Shown here: piece after piece, positions 29,169 through 38,953 of the stretch | How positions within the stretch are numbered: the stretch's first letter is position 1 | Layout: the number at the start of each line of letters is the position of its first letter | Source of the DNA: Candidatus Melainabacteria bacterium | GTDB taxonomy: Bacteria > Cyanobacteriota > Vampirovibrionia > Obscuribacterales > JAKAZS01 | Reading direction: 5' to 3' | Assembly (NCBI GenBank): GCA_027371815.1 | Contig: DAHXLC010000160.1 | Location: 1 to 44,246 of the forward strand | DNA: 44,246 nucleotides | The notes under the pieces: generated by a model | Databases searched by the model: none | What the model was told of the DNA's origin: nothing | Seen by the model: the letters and a program-made list of their open reading frames with translations, nothing else | Translations under genes and position numbers: made by a program

Positions 29169-30181
29169 TGGATATTAATTCACAGGAAAATTCAATTATT
29201 AATACTAAATTAGATCAAATGTTGCAAAGTACACTGCCAGCTTTAGGCATTGATTTGGGCGGTACGAAAATCAGTTGTGGTTTAGTAAGTAACTATAAAT
29301 TGGCAAGTGAACCGAAACAATATAAAACACCTAAAGGTAGCGCTAATATCTTAGATCAACTATACAAAATTATTGAAGAATATAAAGCCAAAAATCTAAT
29401 TGCTGGCGTTGGTGTTGCTACGGCCGGAATCGTTGATACTACTTCAGGAACGGTTATTGATTCAACGTTTAATTTACCAGGCTGGGCAGGAACAAATATT
29501 AAGCAATATCTCGAACCCAAAACAATGTTGCCGATTCATGTTGAAAATGATGCTAATGCAGCAGCCTATGGAGAGTTTAAATCCAAGTTTCAAAATCACA
29601 ATTTAAGCACTATTGTGGTAACCTTAGGAACTGGCATTGGTGGTGGCATTATCCTTAACGGACAGATATTTCATGGCGAAAATTATGCTGCTGGTGAAAT
29701 AGGTCATTTGAAAATTTCTTTTGAAAATAAAAGATTGTGTACCTGTGGTCATTTTGACTGCTGGGAAGCTTATGGATCAGGGCCTGGCTTACTTAAAACC
29801 ACTAAAGAACTTTTAAGTGAAGTAAATAGCAGTCAGTCTGTACTTTATGAAAACATTAATGATTTATCAACTTCGCACATTATTCAGGCTATTGAAAACA
29901 ATGATTTTTTAGCGAAAAAAGCCTTTGATTTATGGCATCATCATATAAGCATTGGTTTGGTAACAATTGCTCAAATTCTTAATCCTAAAACATTTATAAT
30001 TTCTGGTGGCATGAGTCCATTTGTTAATTATACTTTGCTCCAAGAAATGGTTATTGACAAGGCCTTAGCCAAAGTTGCCCAAAACCTGGAGATACATCAA
30101 TCAAGACTAGGTATCCATGCTGGAATCATTGGTGCAGGGCAAATAGCGCTAGATGCAATAATTTTACCCAAAAATTATTAA
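29168..30181 (+). CDS. ROK-family glucokinase
   Basis: LGIDLGGTKI, ENDANAAAYGE, LGTGIGGGIILNG, GEIGH, and the zinc motif CTCGHFDCWEAYGSG. The start overlaps the previous stop (TAATG). Confidence 0.85.
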   Translation: MDINSQENSIINTKLDQMLQSTLPALGIDLGGTKISCGLVSNYKLASEPKQYKTPKGSANILDQLYKIIEEYKAKNLIAGVGVATAGIVDTTSGTVIDSTFNLPGWAGTNIKQYLEPKTMLPIHVENDANAAAYGEFKSKFQNHNLSTIVVTLGTGIGGGIILNGQIFHGENYAAGEIGHLKISFENKRLCTCGHFDCWEAYGSGPGLLKTTKELLSEVNSSQSVLYENINDLSTSHIIQAIENNDFLAKKAFDLWHHHISIGLVTIAQILNPKTFIISGGMSPFVNYTLLQEMVIDKALAKVAQNLEIHQSRLGIHAGIIGAGQIALDAIILPKNY

Positions 30182-30184
30182 TCG

Positions 30185-31234
30185 TCAATTTTCTTCTTTA
30201 TTAAGAATACTTCTAGCCGCTTCAATTATTAGCTGTGGATTAAGTTCAGTTAGACATTCTCGATTAACACAGGTTTTATGGTAATTACAGGGTCTACAGG
30301 GTAAATCGCTGCGAAAAATAGCTTTGCTTAAACTAGTATCATTACTTAACGGGCCCCAACGTATTGGGTTGGTTGGCCCAAATAAGATTAAAGTCGGTAT
30401 ATTAGCTGCTCTAGTCAGGTGCGCTGGTCCGGAATCAGTGCAAATAGCTAAATTAAGATGTTTGTACAATGCCATACTTTGCCTTAGATTTAACTTGCCC
30501 GCTAAATTTATACATTTAAAAGGAAGTTTTAATTCTAAATCTTGATAAAGTGGCCGATCAATTGCCTGACCAGTAAAAAGTGGTATTATGTCATAATTTT
30601 TAGCTAACGCTAAAATTACTTTACTGAATAATTCTAAAGGATATAATTTATCCTCATGGGCTGCAGCTGCATGAATGAGAACTTTAATGGATGTATTATT
30701 TTTAAGAATTGGAACCATTTCGATTATTTCCGCTTCTTCACTGGGTGCAAGCCAATACTCAAGATCTGTATCATAATTTTTATTATGGTCAAGTTTTAAA
30801 ATTTCTAAGGTTGATAATATTTCATTTTGATTATCTTGTTGTGGTACGGCTTTAGTATAAAATAAATTATCCAAAAATGATGTTTTATAACCATAACGTT
30901 TTCGGGCTCCCGATAAAAAACTTAAAAGTTTGGCACCAAGAGATCGTTTTAAACAAAATACCATGTCATATTTTTTTTGTTTAATAATGTTCAAATAATA
31001 AAAAAAACTTTTGGTCTTTTCGTTTGAAGAGTCATATTTATGAAATCTAGTAGTATCAAAAATTATCAATTCGTTAATATAGGGACAATTTTCCAGTACT
31101 TGCCCACTTTGTGGCCCAACCAGAATATCGATGGAACTGTCCGGATACAATTCTTTTAGATTGCGGATAAAAGGAACGGTAAGAATAGTATCTCCGATAA
31201 AACGATACCTTATAACTAGTATTTTTTGTTTCAT
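30185..31234 (-). CDS. glycosyltransferase family 9 (LPS heptosyltransferase-like)
   Basis: ILVIRYRFIGDTILTVPFIRNLKELYP and CTDSGPAHLTRAANIPTLILFGPTNP. It is the last gene of the waaA-lpxK operon. Confidence 0.85.
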   Translation of the reverse strand: MKQKILVIRYRFIGDTILTVPFIRNLKELYPDSSIDILVGPQSGQVLENCPYINELIIFDTTRFHKYDSSNEKTKSFFYYLNIIKQKKYDMVFCLKRSLGAKLLSFLSGARKRYGYKTSFLDNLFYTKAVPQQDNQNEILSTLEILKLDHNKNYDTDLEYWLAPSEEAEIIEMVPILKNNTSIKVLIHAAAAHEDKLYPLELFSKVILALAKNYDIIPLFTGQAIDRPLYQDLELKLPFKCINLAGKLNLRQSMALYKHLNLAICTDSGPAHLTRAANIPTLILFGPTNPIRWGPLSNDTSLSKAIFRSDLPCRPCNYHKTCVNRECLTELNPQLIIEAARSILNKEEN

Positions 31235-31243
31235 GGTTTTAAT

Positions 31244-32254
31244 TTATTCAAAAAATTCAAGACCAATTTCAATTGCATATAACTTATTGTATAAAGGAAA
31301 TGATTTGGGTATTTTAAGATAATCCTTAGTGGTGGTAACTAATACTTCAGCTTGATAAGTATTAAATTCTTTAATCAGTAAGTCTAAATCATTTTGATTA
31401 TACCAGTGGTGATCGCTAAATTTCATTTGGTGAATAAGCTTAATATTTAAAGACTTTAAGGTATTGATAAAATTAGGCTCATTAGCGATGCCACTAAAAG
31501 CTAACGTTTTCTGATTTAGTTTAAAACTGTTAACTTCGAGTAAATTATTTTGATAGGAGAAATTTTTAACAATGAGCCTGGTTTTGCTTATTATTGCGCT
31601 TGAATTATATTGTTTAAGAAAATTAATTAATTGAGTTAAGGTTTCTTCCTGATAGTCAATTGGTATTTTAGTGATAATTATTTGCGTGGCTCGCTTAATG
31701 TTTTTAAATGATTCACGAAGCCTGCCTTGGGGGAAAAGTTTTTCTTGAGTAAAATCTGAATTGTAGTCAATTAATAAAATATTTTCATTGCGGTTCAGCC
31801 TTAAATGCTGATACCCATCATCAAGAATTAATACATCGGTTTGATATTGATCAATAGCTAATTGACCAGCTTTACAGCGATCGGCACTTACAATAACTAC
31901 GGCTTGTGGAACGTTTTTAGCAATTAAATATGGTTCATCACCATAAATTTTAGCGGCTAAAATTGAATCTTTATTAGTTTCCACAATATCTAAGGCATTT
32001 TTACCTTGTCGTTTATAGCCTCGACTTAAAATGCCCACGCGTTTATTTTGGCTTAAATATAATTTAGCCAAATAAATAGTATATGGTGTTTTACCAGTGC
32101 CACCTAAAGTTAAATTACCAACACTAACAACTTGGCAAGGTAAAGTTATACTTTCCATGATTTTATACTTATACAATTGAATTCGGCAATTGGTAATTAA
32201 TTCATAAATTTTACCAATTGGCCATAATAAATATTGACTAAAGTTAGTTTTCAT
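31244..32254 (-). CDS. lpxK: tetraacyldisaccharide 4'-kinase
   Basis: P-loop VGNLTLGGTGKTP, plus ILSRGY, YGDEPYL and ILDDGYQH. ATGA overlap with the waaA stop. Confidence 0.88.
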   Translation of the reverse strand: MKTNFSQYLLWPIGKIYELITNCRIQLYKYKIMESITLPCQVVSVGNLTLGGTGKTPYTIYLAKLYLSQNKRVGILSRGYKRQGKNALDIVETNKDSILAAKIYGDEPYLIAKNVPQAVVIVSADRCKAGQLAIDQYQTDVLILDDGYQHLRLNRNENILLIDYNSDFTQEKLFPQGRLRESFKNIKRATQIIITKIPIDYQEETLTQLINFLKQYNSSAIISKTRLIVKNFSYQNNLLEVNSFKLNQKTLAFSGIANEPNFINTLKSLNIKLIHQMKFSDHHWYNQNDLDLLIKEFNTYQAEVLVTTTKDYLKIPKSFPLYNKLYAIEIGLEFFE

Positions 32255-33534
32255 TTAAGACAACCTTCTTTATGAAAAATAATTTCATCGATTAAGGCAA
32301 AGGTCTTATCATTGGCGCCAATTGCTAAAGTCAAGATTTTTTGACCACTTTGCCCCATATTTGCAAGCTTTTGTGGATTAAGAATTAATTCTTGAACCGT
32401 CTCGTAAAGTTCTTGTTTATTATTTACAATTCTAATAGCTTTTAAGGTTAGTAATTCATGAGCAATTAATTTGGTTTTAAAAATATACTTGCCACAGACG
32501 ACTGGAACTCCAAAATTATAGGGTTCCAGTAAATTATGCCCTCCCACTTTAACTAAAGTACCCCCAACAAAAGCTAGCTGCGCCAAAGCATAAAGCTTAG
32601 TTAATATGCCCATTTGATCAATCAAGATAATATTGGTATTTTCACTTATTTTCTCAATATTGCTAAATCTAACATATTGACAGTTGTGGCTTATTAGCAA
32701 TGATTCCACCTGATTAAACCTTTCATCGTGACGGGGTACAATGATTAATTTTAAATTTTGACGCAGGGATGGCAGTTGCGTGACTAATTGATTAAATACT
32801 TCAATGATTGTACTTTCCTCACCTGCGTGCGTGGATCCGGCAATCAAGACAAAATCATTTTGCTTAATTAATAATTTTTGTTTTAAGGAAATTATATCAG
32901 TTTCATTTACTTGATTAATACCATCATATTTTAAATTTCCGGTAATGGCAATTGGTAAATTACTTCCACCAACTAATTCGTATCGCTGTTTTTCTTCGGC
33001 AGACTGAAGGCAGAGTAAATTAAATTTTTGTAAAACTGGTTTAAAAAAATAACGAAGTCGATAGTAGTTTTTAAATGAATTTGGTGACATACGACCATTG
33101 ACTAATATTAATTTAATGTTAAGCTTTTGAGCTTCATGAATAAAGCCTGGCCATATTTCGGTTTCAGCAATAATTACGGCAATAGGTTGAAAAGTTTTTA
33201 AAAATTTATTAATCGCCAATGGTAAATCAAATGGGAAATAAACAATTGTAGCCATTTTACTAAATTGTTCGCAAGCTATAGCATTAGCCGTTTTAGTTGT
33301 TGTCGAAATAATTAACGGTTGATTAGGATAACTGGTTTTAAACCGCTGAATTAACTTGGCTACAGAATTCAATTCACCAACTGAAACAGCATGAAACCAT
33401 ATTGATGCAGTTGTTTGCGGATAATTAAAGAATCCGAATTTGGCTAATATACCTGATCTGGTTTTGGGAATAAATATTAATAAAAAAGCGGCAAAGCCTA
33501 AAATTATCCAAACTAAAGTATAATACCAAAACAT
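32251..33534 (-). CDS. waaA: 3-deoxy-D-manno-octulosonic acid (Kdo) transferase
   Basis: N-terminal TM, WFHAVSVGE, and AETEIWPGFI. Length is ~427 aa. Confidence 0.9.
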   Translation of the reverse strand: MFWYYTLVWIILGFAAFLLIFIPKTRSGILAKFGFFNYPQTTASIWFHAVSVGELNSVAKLIQRFKTSYPNQPLIISTTTKTANAIACEQFSKMATIVYFPFDLPLAINKFLKTFQPIAVIIAETEIWPGFIHEAQKLNIKLILVNGRMSPNSFKNYYRLRYFFKPVLQKFNLLCLQSAEEKQRYELVGGSNLPIAITGNLKYDGINQVNETDIISLKQKLLIKQNDFVLIAGSTHAGEESTIIEVFNQLVTQLPSLRQNLKLIIVPRHDERFNQVESLLISHNCQYVRFSNIEKISENTNIILIDQMGILTKLYALAQLAFVGGTLVKVGGHNLLEPYNFGVPVVCGKYIFKTKLIAHELLTLKAIRIVNNKQELYETVQELILNPQKLANMGQSGQKILTLAIGANDKTFALIDEIIFHKEGCLK

Positions 33535-33691
33535 TCAATTAAGCCAAATAAGTGTTATTCTGCTTGGTTATTATACCATAGGTCAATTTGGCCTAGATGA
33601 GTTAAAGCCAGCCTTAAATTTATCAATAAACTAGGATTAAGGCTATGCTAAATTATCCTTAACTCTATTTAGATTAATGTATTGATTAGGC

Positions 33692-34135
33692 TTAATTATG
33701 ATTAGCTTTTCTTTTCGTAGATTTGGAACTATTTTCCATTTCATCGTCTTGAGCTGTTGCCACATCAATGATTTGTCCATGTTCAGACTTTTCTAATTTT
33801 TCAACTCTAGCTAATAAATCAGCAAATTCTTCTTTAGTAACTAAACCAAAATCATTAGCGGCTTTAAGCACTGATGTCTGCACTTTTGTGGAAACCGTTT
33901 TTTCCATGGATTCAGCCTGTTTAGTAGCATCTTCTTGTAAATTTTTTAAAAAGCTTTGCACTGAATCAGCTTTAACTTTTCCTTTTTCTTCTAATTCATC
34001 AAGAAGGTCCTGACCTACTTTCATTAAGTCATTTAAAGCATCGTTTAAAGCCGATTTAACACGATCTACGTTAGCCGTAGCGCCAACACCAGTTAAAACA
34101 GCTTTTTTTAATAATTTGGTTCTTTCTTTCATCAT
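33692..34135 (-). CDS. phasin-like coiled-coil protein (COG3937-like)
   Basis: SD AGGAG lies 4 nt before the ATG. LKKAVLTGVGATANV...DLLDELEEKGK...LVTKEEFADLLARVEKLEK resembles PHA-granule phasin-type proteins. The assignment is moderate only. Confidence 0.45.
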   Translation of the reverse strand: MMKERTKLLKKAVLTGVGATANVDRVKSALNDALNDLMKVGQDLLDELEEKGKVKADSVQSFLKNLQEDATKQAESMEKTVSTKVQTSVLKAANDFGLVTKEEFADLLARVEKLEKSEHGQIIDVATAQDDEMENSSKSTKRKANHN

Positions 34136-34199
34136 TTTACTCCTAAGTATAATTTATCAGCCGGGTTGCCAATGTAAAATCTAAAATTATTATTAACAA

Positions 34200-34218
34200 A
34201 GTTGTAAATAATACAACT
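34200..34218. promoter_or_regulatory. perfect palindrome AGTTGTA-N5-TACAACT in the divergent phasin/phosphatase promoter region (candidate operator)
   Basis: Read directly at 34200-34218. A second inverted repeat, AATTTGT-N8-ACAAATT, lies at 34351-34372, 32 nt upstream of the phosphatase ATG. Confidence 0.25.
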
Positions 34219-34403
34219 ACTATTACTATTTTTTCCTAAATTTTGTTAAAACCGCAAAATATATATATTTGTATAATAAAAGTTTTAACTTTTGGCAAAA
34301 TTACTATTTAATTTTTAAAATATGCATTAAATTAAGAAAAAAAAAATTATAATTTGTCTAATTTTACAAATTTCATACATTTTTAAGGATTGGTTAATAT
34401 TCA

Positions 34404-36053
34404 ATGCAAGTCATTAAGAAACTTTTGGTTTTATCATTTTTGGTTTTAATGTTAATAGTTCCAGCGCAAGCTAGTGATTATATTAAGCCTAAGTTAATTG
34501 TTTTAATTGTTGCAGATCAGTTTGCCTATAATTATTTAAACCGGTTCAAGTCAAAATTTAATAAACGTGGTTTTAATTATTTATTAAATAATGGTTCGCC
34601 ATGCGTTAATTGTAAATATGATCATGCCACATTGCAAACAGCCTGCGGCCATTCAATAATTTCAACCGGAGCCTATCCTTGGGCAACTGGAATTATTGCC
34701 AATCAATGGTACGATCGTGCGAAAAAGAGCGTTATAACTAGTGTTAGCGATCCAAGTTGCGAAGTTACCGGTGGCAATGGCTTTGGAGCAAGTCCTCATC
34801 TGTTAAACAGTACAACTATTGGCGATGAGATGAAACTTGTATTTAATAATCAAAGTAAAGTGGTATCCGTATCCATTAAAGATCGTGTTGCAGTCCTCCT
34901 AGCTGGACGTTTAGCTAATTTGGCAATTTACTATGATGATAAAACGGGAAATTTTATTACTTCCAGTCATTATACGAGCAATTTACCATTTTATCTTAAA
35001 GACTTTAATGAAAAACATATAGTTGATAATTATTGTGCTAAACCATGGGAACGTTTATTGCCCGAGGCTAATTACACTGAATCCCGTAAAGATGACTATT
35101 TCTATGAACAAGGCATAACCGATGATGGCAAAAAATTCCCTCATTCCATTGCCAATAGTCCAATTAAATATCAATTGTTTCCGCTAACGCCATTTGCCAA
35201 TGATGCTTTAACCCAAATTGCTAAAACTGTTATAGACAAGGAACGCATGGGTACACATGATAAAACCGATTTATTATGTATTGGCTATTCAGCAGGTGAC
35301 TATATTGGTCATAGTTTTGGCCCTTATAGTCAGGAAAGCGAAGATTTGGTATTACGTTTAGACAATAGTTTACAAGAATTATTTAATTACATTGATGCTG
35401 GAATTGGGCTTAAAAACACCTTAATTGTTTTTACTGCTGATCACGGAATTTCACCGATTCCAGAATATCTTCAAGAAATTGGCTTGCCTGGTGGCCGTAT
35501 TGATTATAAACAAATGACTAATAGTTTAAATGCGAGTTTAGCTAGCAAATTAGGTAATGGTGAATGGATTGAAGCTTTTGAGCCACCAAATTTATATTTA
35601 AATCTAAAGACTATTGATCAAAATAATGTCCATCAGCAAGACGTAGAAGCTCTTACGGCTAATCTTGTTCATGGCTTTAAAGGGGTTAGTGATGTATTTA
35701 CGGCCAATCAGTTCTACAATAACAAATTACCTAATAGTCCCTACACTAACGCCGCCCGCAAAAGTTATTATTTTGGTCGCAGTGGCGAATTATTTGTAAT
35801 TTTAAAACCTGGTTATATTTTTTCTACTAATAGTTTGGGTACTAATCATGGTACGCCTTATCGCTATGATGCTCAAGTGCCATTAATTTTCTGTGGGACT
35901 CAAATTAAACCTAAAACTATTTTTACCCAAGTTGCTCCTTGCGATATTGCCCCAACAATTTTAAGTTTATTAGGTTTAGAATTTACCAGTAACTGTGAAG
36001 GTAAAGTTATTAACCTTGATTTAAATGAAAGTTATGGACCGATTAATCAATGA
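34404..36053 (+). CDS. secreted alkaline-phosphatase-superfamily enzyme (PafA / nucleotide pyrophosphatase-like)
   Basis: Signal peptide LLVLSFLVLMLIVPAQA/SD. Also LQTACGHSIISTGAYPWATGIIANQWYD, FTADHGISP and GTNHGTPYRYDAQVPLIF. Confidence 0.8.
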   Translation: MQVIKKLLVLSFLVLMLIVPAQASDYIKPKLIVLIVADQFAYNYLNRFKSKFNKRGFNYLLNNGSPCVNCKYDHATLQTACGHSIISTGAYPWATGIIANQWYDRAKKSVITSVSDPSCEVTGGNGFGASPHLLNSTTIGDEMKLVFNNQSKVVSVSIKDRVAVLLAGRLANLAIYYDDKTGNFITSSHYTSNLPFYLKDFNEKHIVDNYCAKPWERLLPEANYTESRKDDYFYEQGITDDGKKFPHSIANSPIKYQLFPLTPFANDALTQIAKTVIDKERMGTHDKTDLLCIGYSAGDYIGHSFGPYSQESEDLVLRLDNSLQELFNYIDAGIGLKNTLIVFTADHGISPIPEYLQEIGLPGGRIDYKQMTNSLNASLASKLGNGEWIEAFEPPNLYLNLKTIDQNNVHQQDVEALTANLVHGFKGVSDVFTANQFYNNKLPNSPYTNAARKSYYFGRSGELFVILKPGYIFSTNSLGTNHGTPYRYDAQVPLIFCGTQIKPKTIFTQVAPCDIAPTILSLLGLEFTSNCEGKVINLDLNESYGPINQ

Positions 36054-38923
36054 TTAATACTGATAAGAGTTTAATTCTGGTTGATGGCAGTTCATTAGCT
36101 TTTCGATCTTTTTATGCCTTATTTAATTCAAGTTTAAAATCTAAGGATGGAACGCCCACTGGAGCCATATATGGCTTCTTTACAAGTTTACTGGACTTAA
36201 TTGAAAAAAATAATCCCCATAGCTTAGCAGTATGCTTTGATTTAGCCAAGCCAACTTTTCGTCATAAACGTTATGAAGCCTATAAAGCTAACCGATCTCA
36301 AATGCCTGAAGAATTAAGCCTTCAGTGGCCCATAATTAAAGATGGCGTAGCAAGGTTAAATATCCCACTTTTAGAATTAGCTGGCTATGAGGCTGATGAT
36401 ATTATTGGTACTTTGACTAACCGAGCTAATCAGGATGGTCTAAATGTAAATATTTTAACCGGTGATCAAGACGCCTTTCAATTAATAGTTCCAGCTGATG
36501 CCAACAGCCCAACGGCGCCATATAGCAATTTAGTACTTATGCCGAGTAAAACCGGTTTAATTTTTTATGATTATCCACAAGTATTAGCTAAATTAGGTGT
36601 GTACCCAAGTCAAATCATTGATTATAAAGCTTTATGTGGCGACAGTTCAGATAATATACCAGGTATACGCGGCATTGGTCCAAAAACCGCCTGTGAACTT
36701 TTAGTTAAATATAAAAACCTCGATAATATTTATGAAAATCTTGATAATATAACTAAAAAGACTTTAAAGGACAAACTTATTGATCAAAAAGACAATGCCT
36801 ATTTAAGCCAATTTTTAGCCACTATTGATGTTAATATCCCCTTGGAACAAAATTCCAGTGATCTAATTATGGATAAAATCAATTATCGTGACTTCCACGA
36901 GTACTTACAAAATTTAAATATGAAAAATTTAATTAAACGTATTCCTGTTGATGTTTTACCACCACCAAGTGTTACCGGGCAATTAAGTTTTAATTTTGAT
37001 GCAAATTCTAATACCATAAGTAATACAAATAACGTAACACCAACCCCCATTTTTTTACCATTAATGCAACCGGAAAATTTAAACCCGCAAATTATTAATG
37101 ATGAAATTAATTTTGCCAAGTTATTAACAAAATTAAACCAAAATCAAGTTATTTGTGTTGATCTGGAAACCACTGGTTTAGATACTTTAAATACTTCAAT
37201 AGTTGGTATTGCTATTGCCTTTAACGAAGATGTAAAAGTTGTCGATAAGCAAATTGTCTTTGCCCAAAATAATGAGAATTTATTAGCTTTGCCAGTTGAG
37301 ACCTACTATATTCCCCTAATGCATCAGACTGGCGAAATTCAATTGGCTCAAGATTATGTTCTCACAAATTTAAAACCCATATTAGAAAATTCCCAAATTT
37401 TTAAAATTGCCCAAAATGCCAAGTTTGAGATGAATGTATTAGCTAATTACCACATTAATTTTGCACCGTTAATTTTTGATCCAATGCTCGCTAGTTATAT
37501 TGAAAATACTGATAATCGCCATGGTCTTAAAGATCAATCATTAAGAATTTTTGATCATCAAATGACACCAATCGATAGTTTAATTGGTACCGGTAAAAAA
37601 CAAATTACCATGGCTAATGTTGCCGTTAATACCGTAGCCTTCTATGCTTGTGATGACGCTAGAATTACCTTGCTATTAAGTCTTTATTATCAGGAAAAAT
37701 TAGCTAAAACTCAATTAGATTTATTGCAGAAAATGGAAATTCCTTTAACTTCAGTATTAGCAACAATGGAACAGGATGGAGTCTGTATTAATATTGAGTA
37801 TTTACAACAATTATCCGGCGAACTTACTAAGGATTTGAATAGTTTAGAAGAAAGTATTTATCGATTTGCTGGTTATGCTTTTAATATTAATTCCACCCAA
37901 CAACTGCAAAAAGTTTTATTCCAGGATTTAGGCCTAAAAACCAAAGCCAAGACGAAAACTGGTTTTTCTACAGATTTTAGCGTCTTAGAATCTTTACAAG
38001 AGGCTCATGAAATAATACCAAAATTAATAAATTATCGGCAAATTCAAAAATTATTGTCAACTTATGTTGATGCCCTTCCCAAACTTGTTAAAGATACTCG
38101 CGTACATTGTCAGTTTAATCAGGTTATCACTAGCACAGGAAGATTATCCAGTTCCAACCCAAATTTACAGAACATTCCCATAAAAACCAGTATGGGTCGA
38201 AAAATTCGTCAGGCCTTTAAAGCGCAAAATGACGGTGATTTTATTCTATCAGCGGACTATTCCCAGATAGAATTAAGAATTTTAGCCCATATGAGTCAAG
38301 ATCCTAATTTAATTGAGGCCTTTAAACAGAATTTGGATATTCATTTACATACCGCTGCTAAAATTTTTGATGTTGATATTAATGATGTAACTAAGGAAAT
38401 GCGGACAATTGGTAAAACACTTAATTTTGCGCTAATTTATCAACAAGGGGCTTATTCAACAGCCAAAGACTTAAATATTTCTCTTAAAGAAGCTAATCAG
38501 TTTATTGAAAAGTATTTTAGCCAGTACCCGTTAGTTAAGGATTACTTAAATTCAATAATTCAAGAAGCTAAAAAGAATGGATATGTAACTACTTTATGGG
38601 GCAGGCGTCGTTATTTTAAAAATATTAATGATAGTAATGAATTTATTCGTAAAGCTAGTGAACGCGCTGCCTGTAATGCCCCAATTCAAGGCAGCGCAGC
38701 TGATCTTATTAAACTGGCCATGATTGAATTAAGGCAAAATTTACAAAGGCAGAACTTAAAATCCAAGCTTATTCTTCAAGTTCACGATGAATTAGTTTTA
38801 GAAGTTTTAGCTAGTGAAATTGATGAAGTAAAACTTGTTGTGGAAAAATCCATGTTACTTAATCAACCATTATTAGTACCTTTAAAAATCGATTTAGAAA
38901 TAGGTAAAACTTGGCTGGATTAA
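36050..38923 (+). CDS. polA: DNA polymerase I
   Basis: 5'-nuclease domain (LILVDGSSLAFRSFYA, GYEADDIIGTL, GDSSDNIPGIRGIGPKTA). 3'-5' exo motif VCVDLETTGLD. Polymerase motifs A DYSQIELRILAH, B RTIGKTLNFALIYQQG and C QVHDELVLE. ATGA overlap with the upstream stop. Confidence 0.96.
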   Translation: MINTDKSLILVDGSSLAFRSFYALFNSSLKSKDGTPTGAIYGFFTSLLDLIEKNNPHSLAVCFDLAKPTFRHKRYEAYKANRSQMPEELSLQWPIIKDGVARLNIPLLELAGYEADDIIGTLTNRANQDGLNVNILTGDQDAFQLIVPADANSPTAPYSNLVLMPSKTGLIFYDYPQVLAKLGVYPSQIIDYKALCGDSSDNIPGIRGIGPKTACELLVKYKNLDNIYENLDNITKKTLKDKLIDQKDNAYLSQFLATIDVNIPLEQNSSDLIMDKINYRDFHEYLQNLNMKNLIKRIPVDVLPPPSVTGQLSFNFDANSNTISNTNNVTPTPIFLPLMQPENLNPQIINDEINFAKLLTKLNQNQVICVDLETTGLDTLNTSIVGIAIAFNEDVKVVDKQIVFAQNNENLLALPVETYYIPLMHQTGEIQLAQDYVLTNLKPILENSQIFKIAQNAKFEMNVLANYHINFAPLIFDPMLASYIENTDNRHGLKDQSLRIFDHQMTPIDSLIGTGKKQITMANVAVNTVAFYACDDARITLLLSLYYQEKLAKTQLDLLQKMEIPLTSVLATMEQDGVCINIEYLQQLSGELTKDLNSLEESIYRFAGYAFNINSTQQLQKVLFQDLGLKTKAKTKTGFSTDFSVLESLQEAHEIIPKLINYRQIQKLLSTYVDALPKLVKDTRVHCQFNQVITSTGRLSSSNPNLQNIPIKTSMGRKIRQAFKAQNDGDFILSADYSQIELRILAHMSQDPNLIEAFKQNLDIHLHTAAKIFDVDINDVTKEMRTIGKTLNFALIYQQGAYSTAKDLNISLKEANQFIEKYFSQYPLVKDYLNSIIQEAKKNGYVTTLWGRRRYFKNINDSNEFIRKASERAACNAPIQGSAADLIKLAMIELRQNLQRQNLKSKLILQVHDELVLEVLASEIDEVKLVVEKSMLLNQPLLVPLKIDLEIGKTWLD

Positions 38924-38953
38924 ACTTTAAGTCATAAATGATAATATTTTTAT

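Noticed and set aside
34200-34218. Palindrome considered as an NtcA (GTA-N8-TAC) binding site
   Set aside because: The spacing between GTA and TAC is 5 nt, not 8, so it does not fit the NtcA consensus.
34404-36053. Alkaline-phosphatase-superfamily protein considered as a PglZ/BREX defence component
   Set aside because: It has a cleavable signal peptide and PafA/NPP-like motifs. No BREX partners (methyltransferase, BrxC/BrxL) are nearby.
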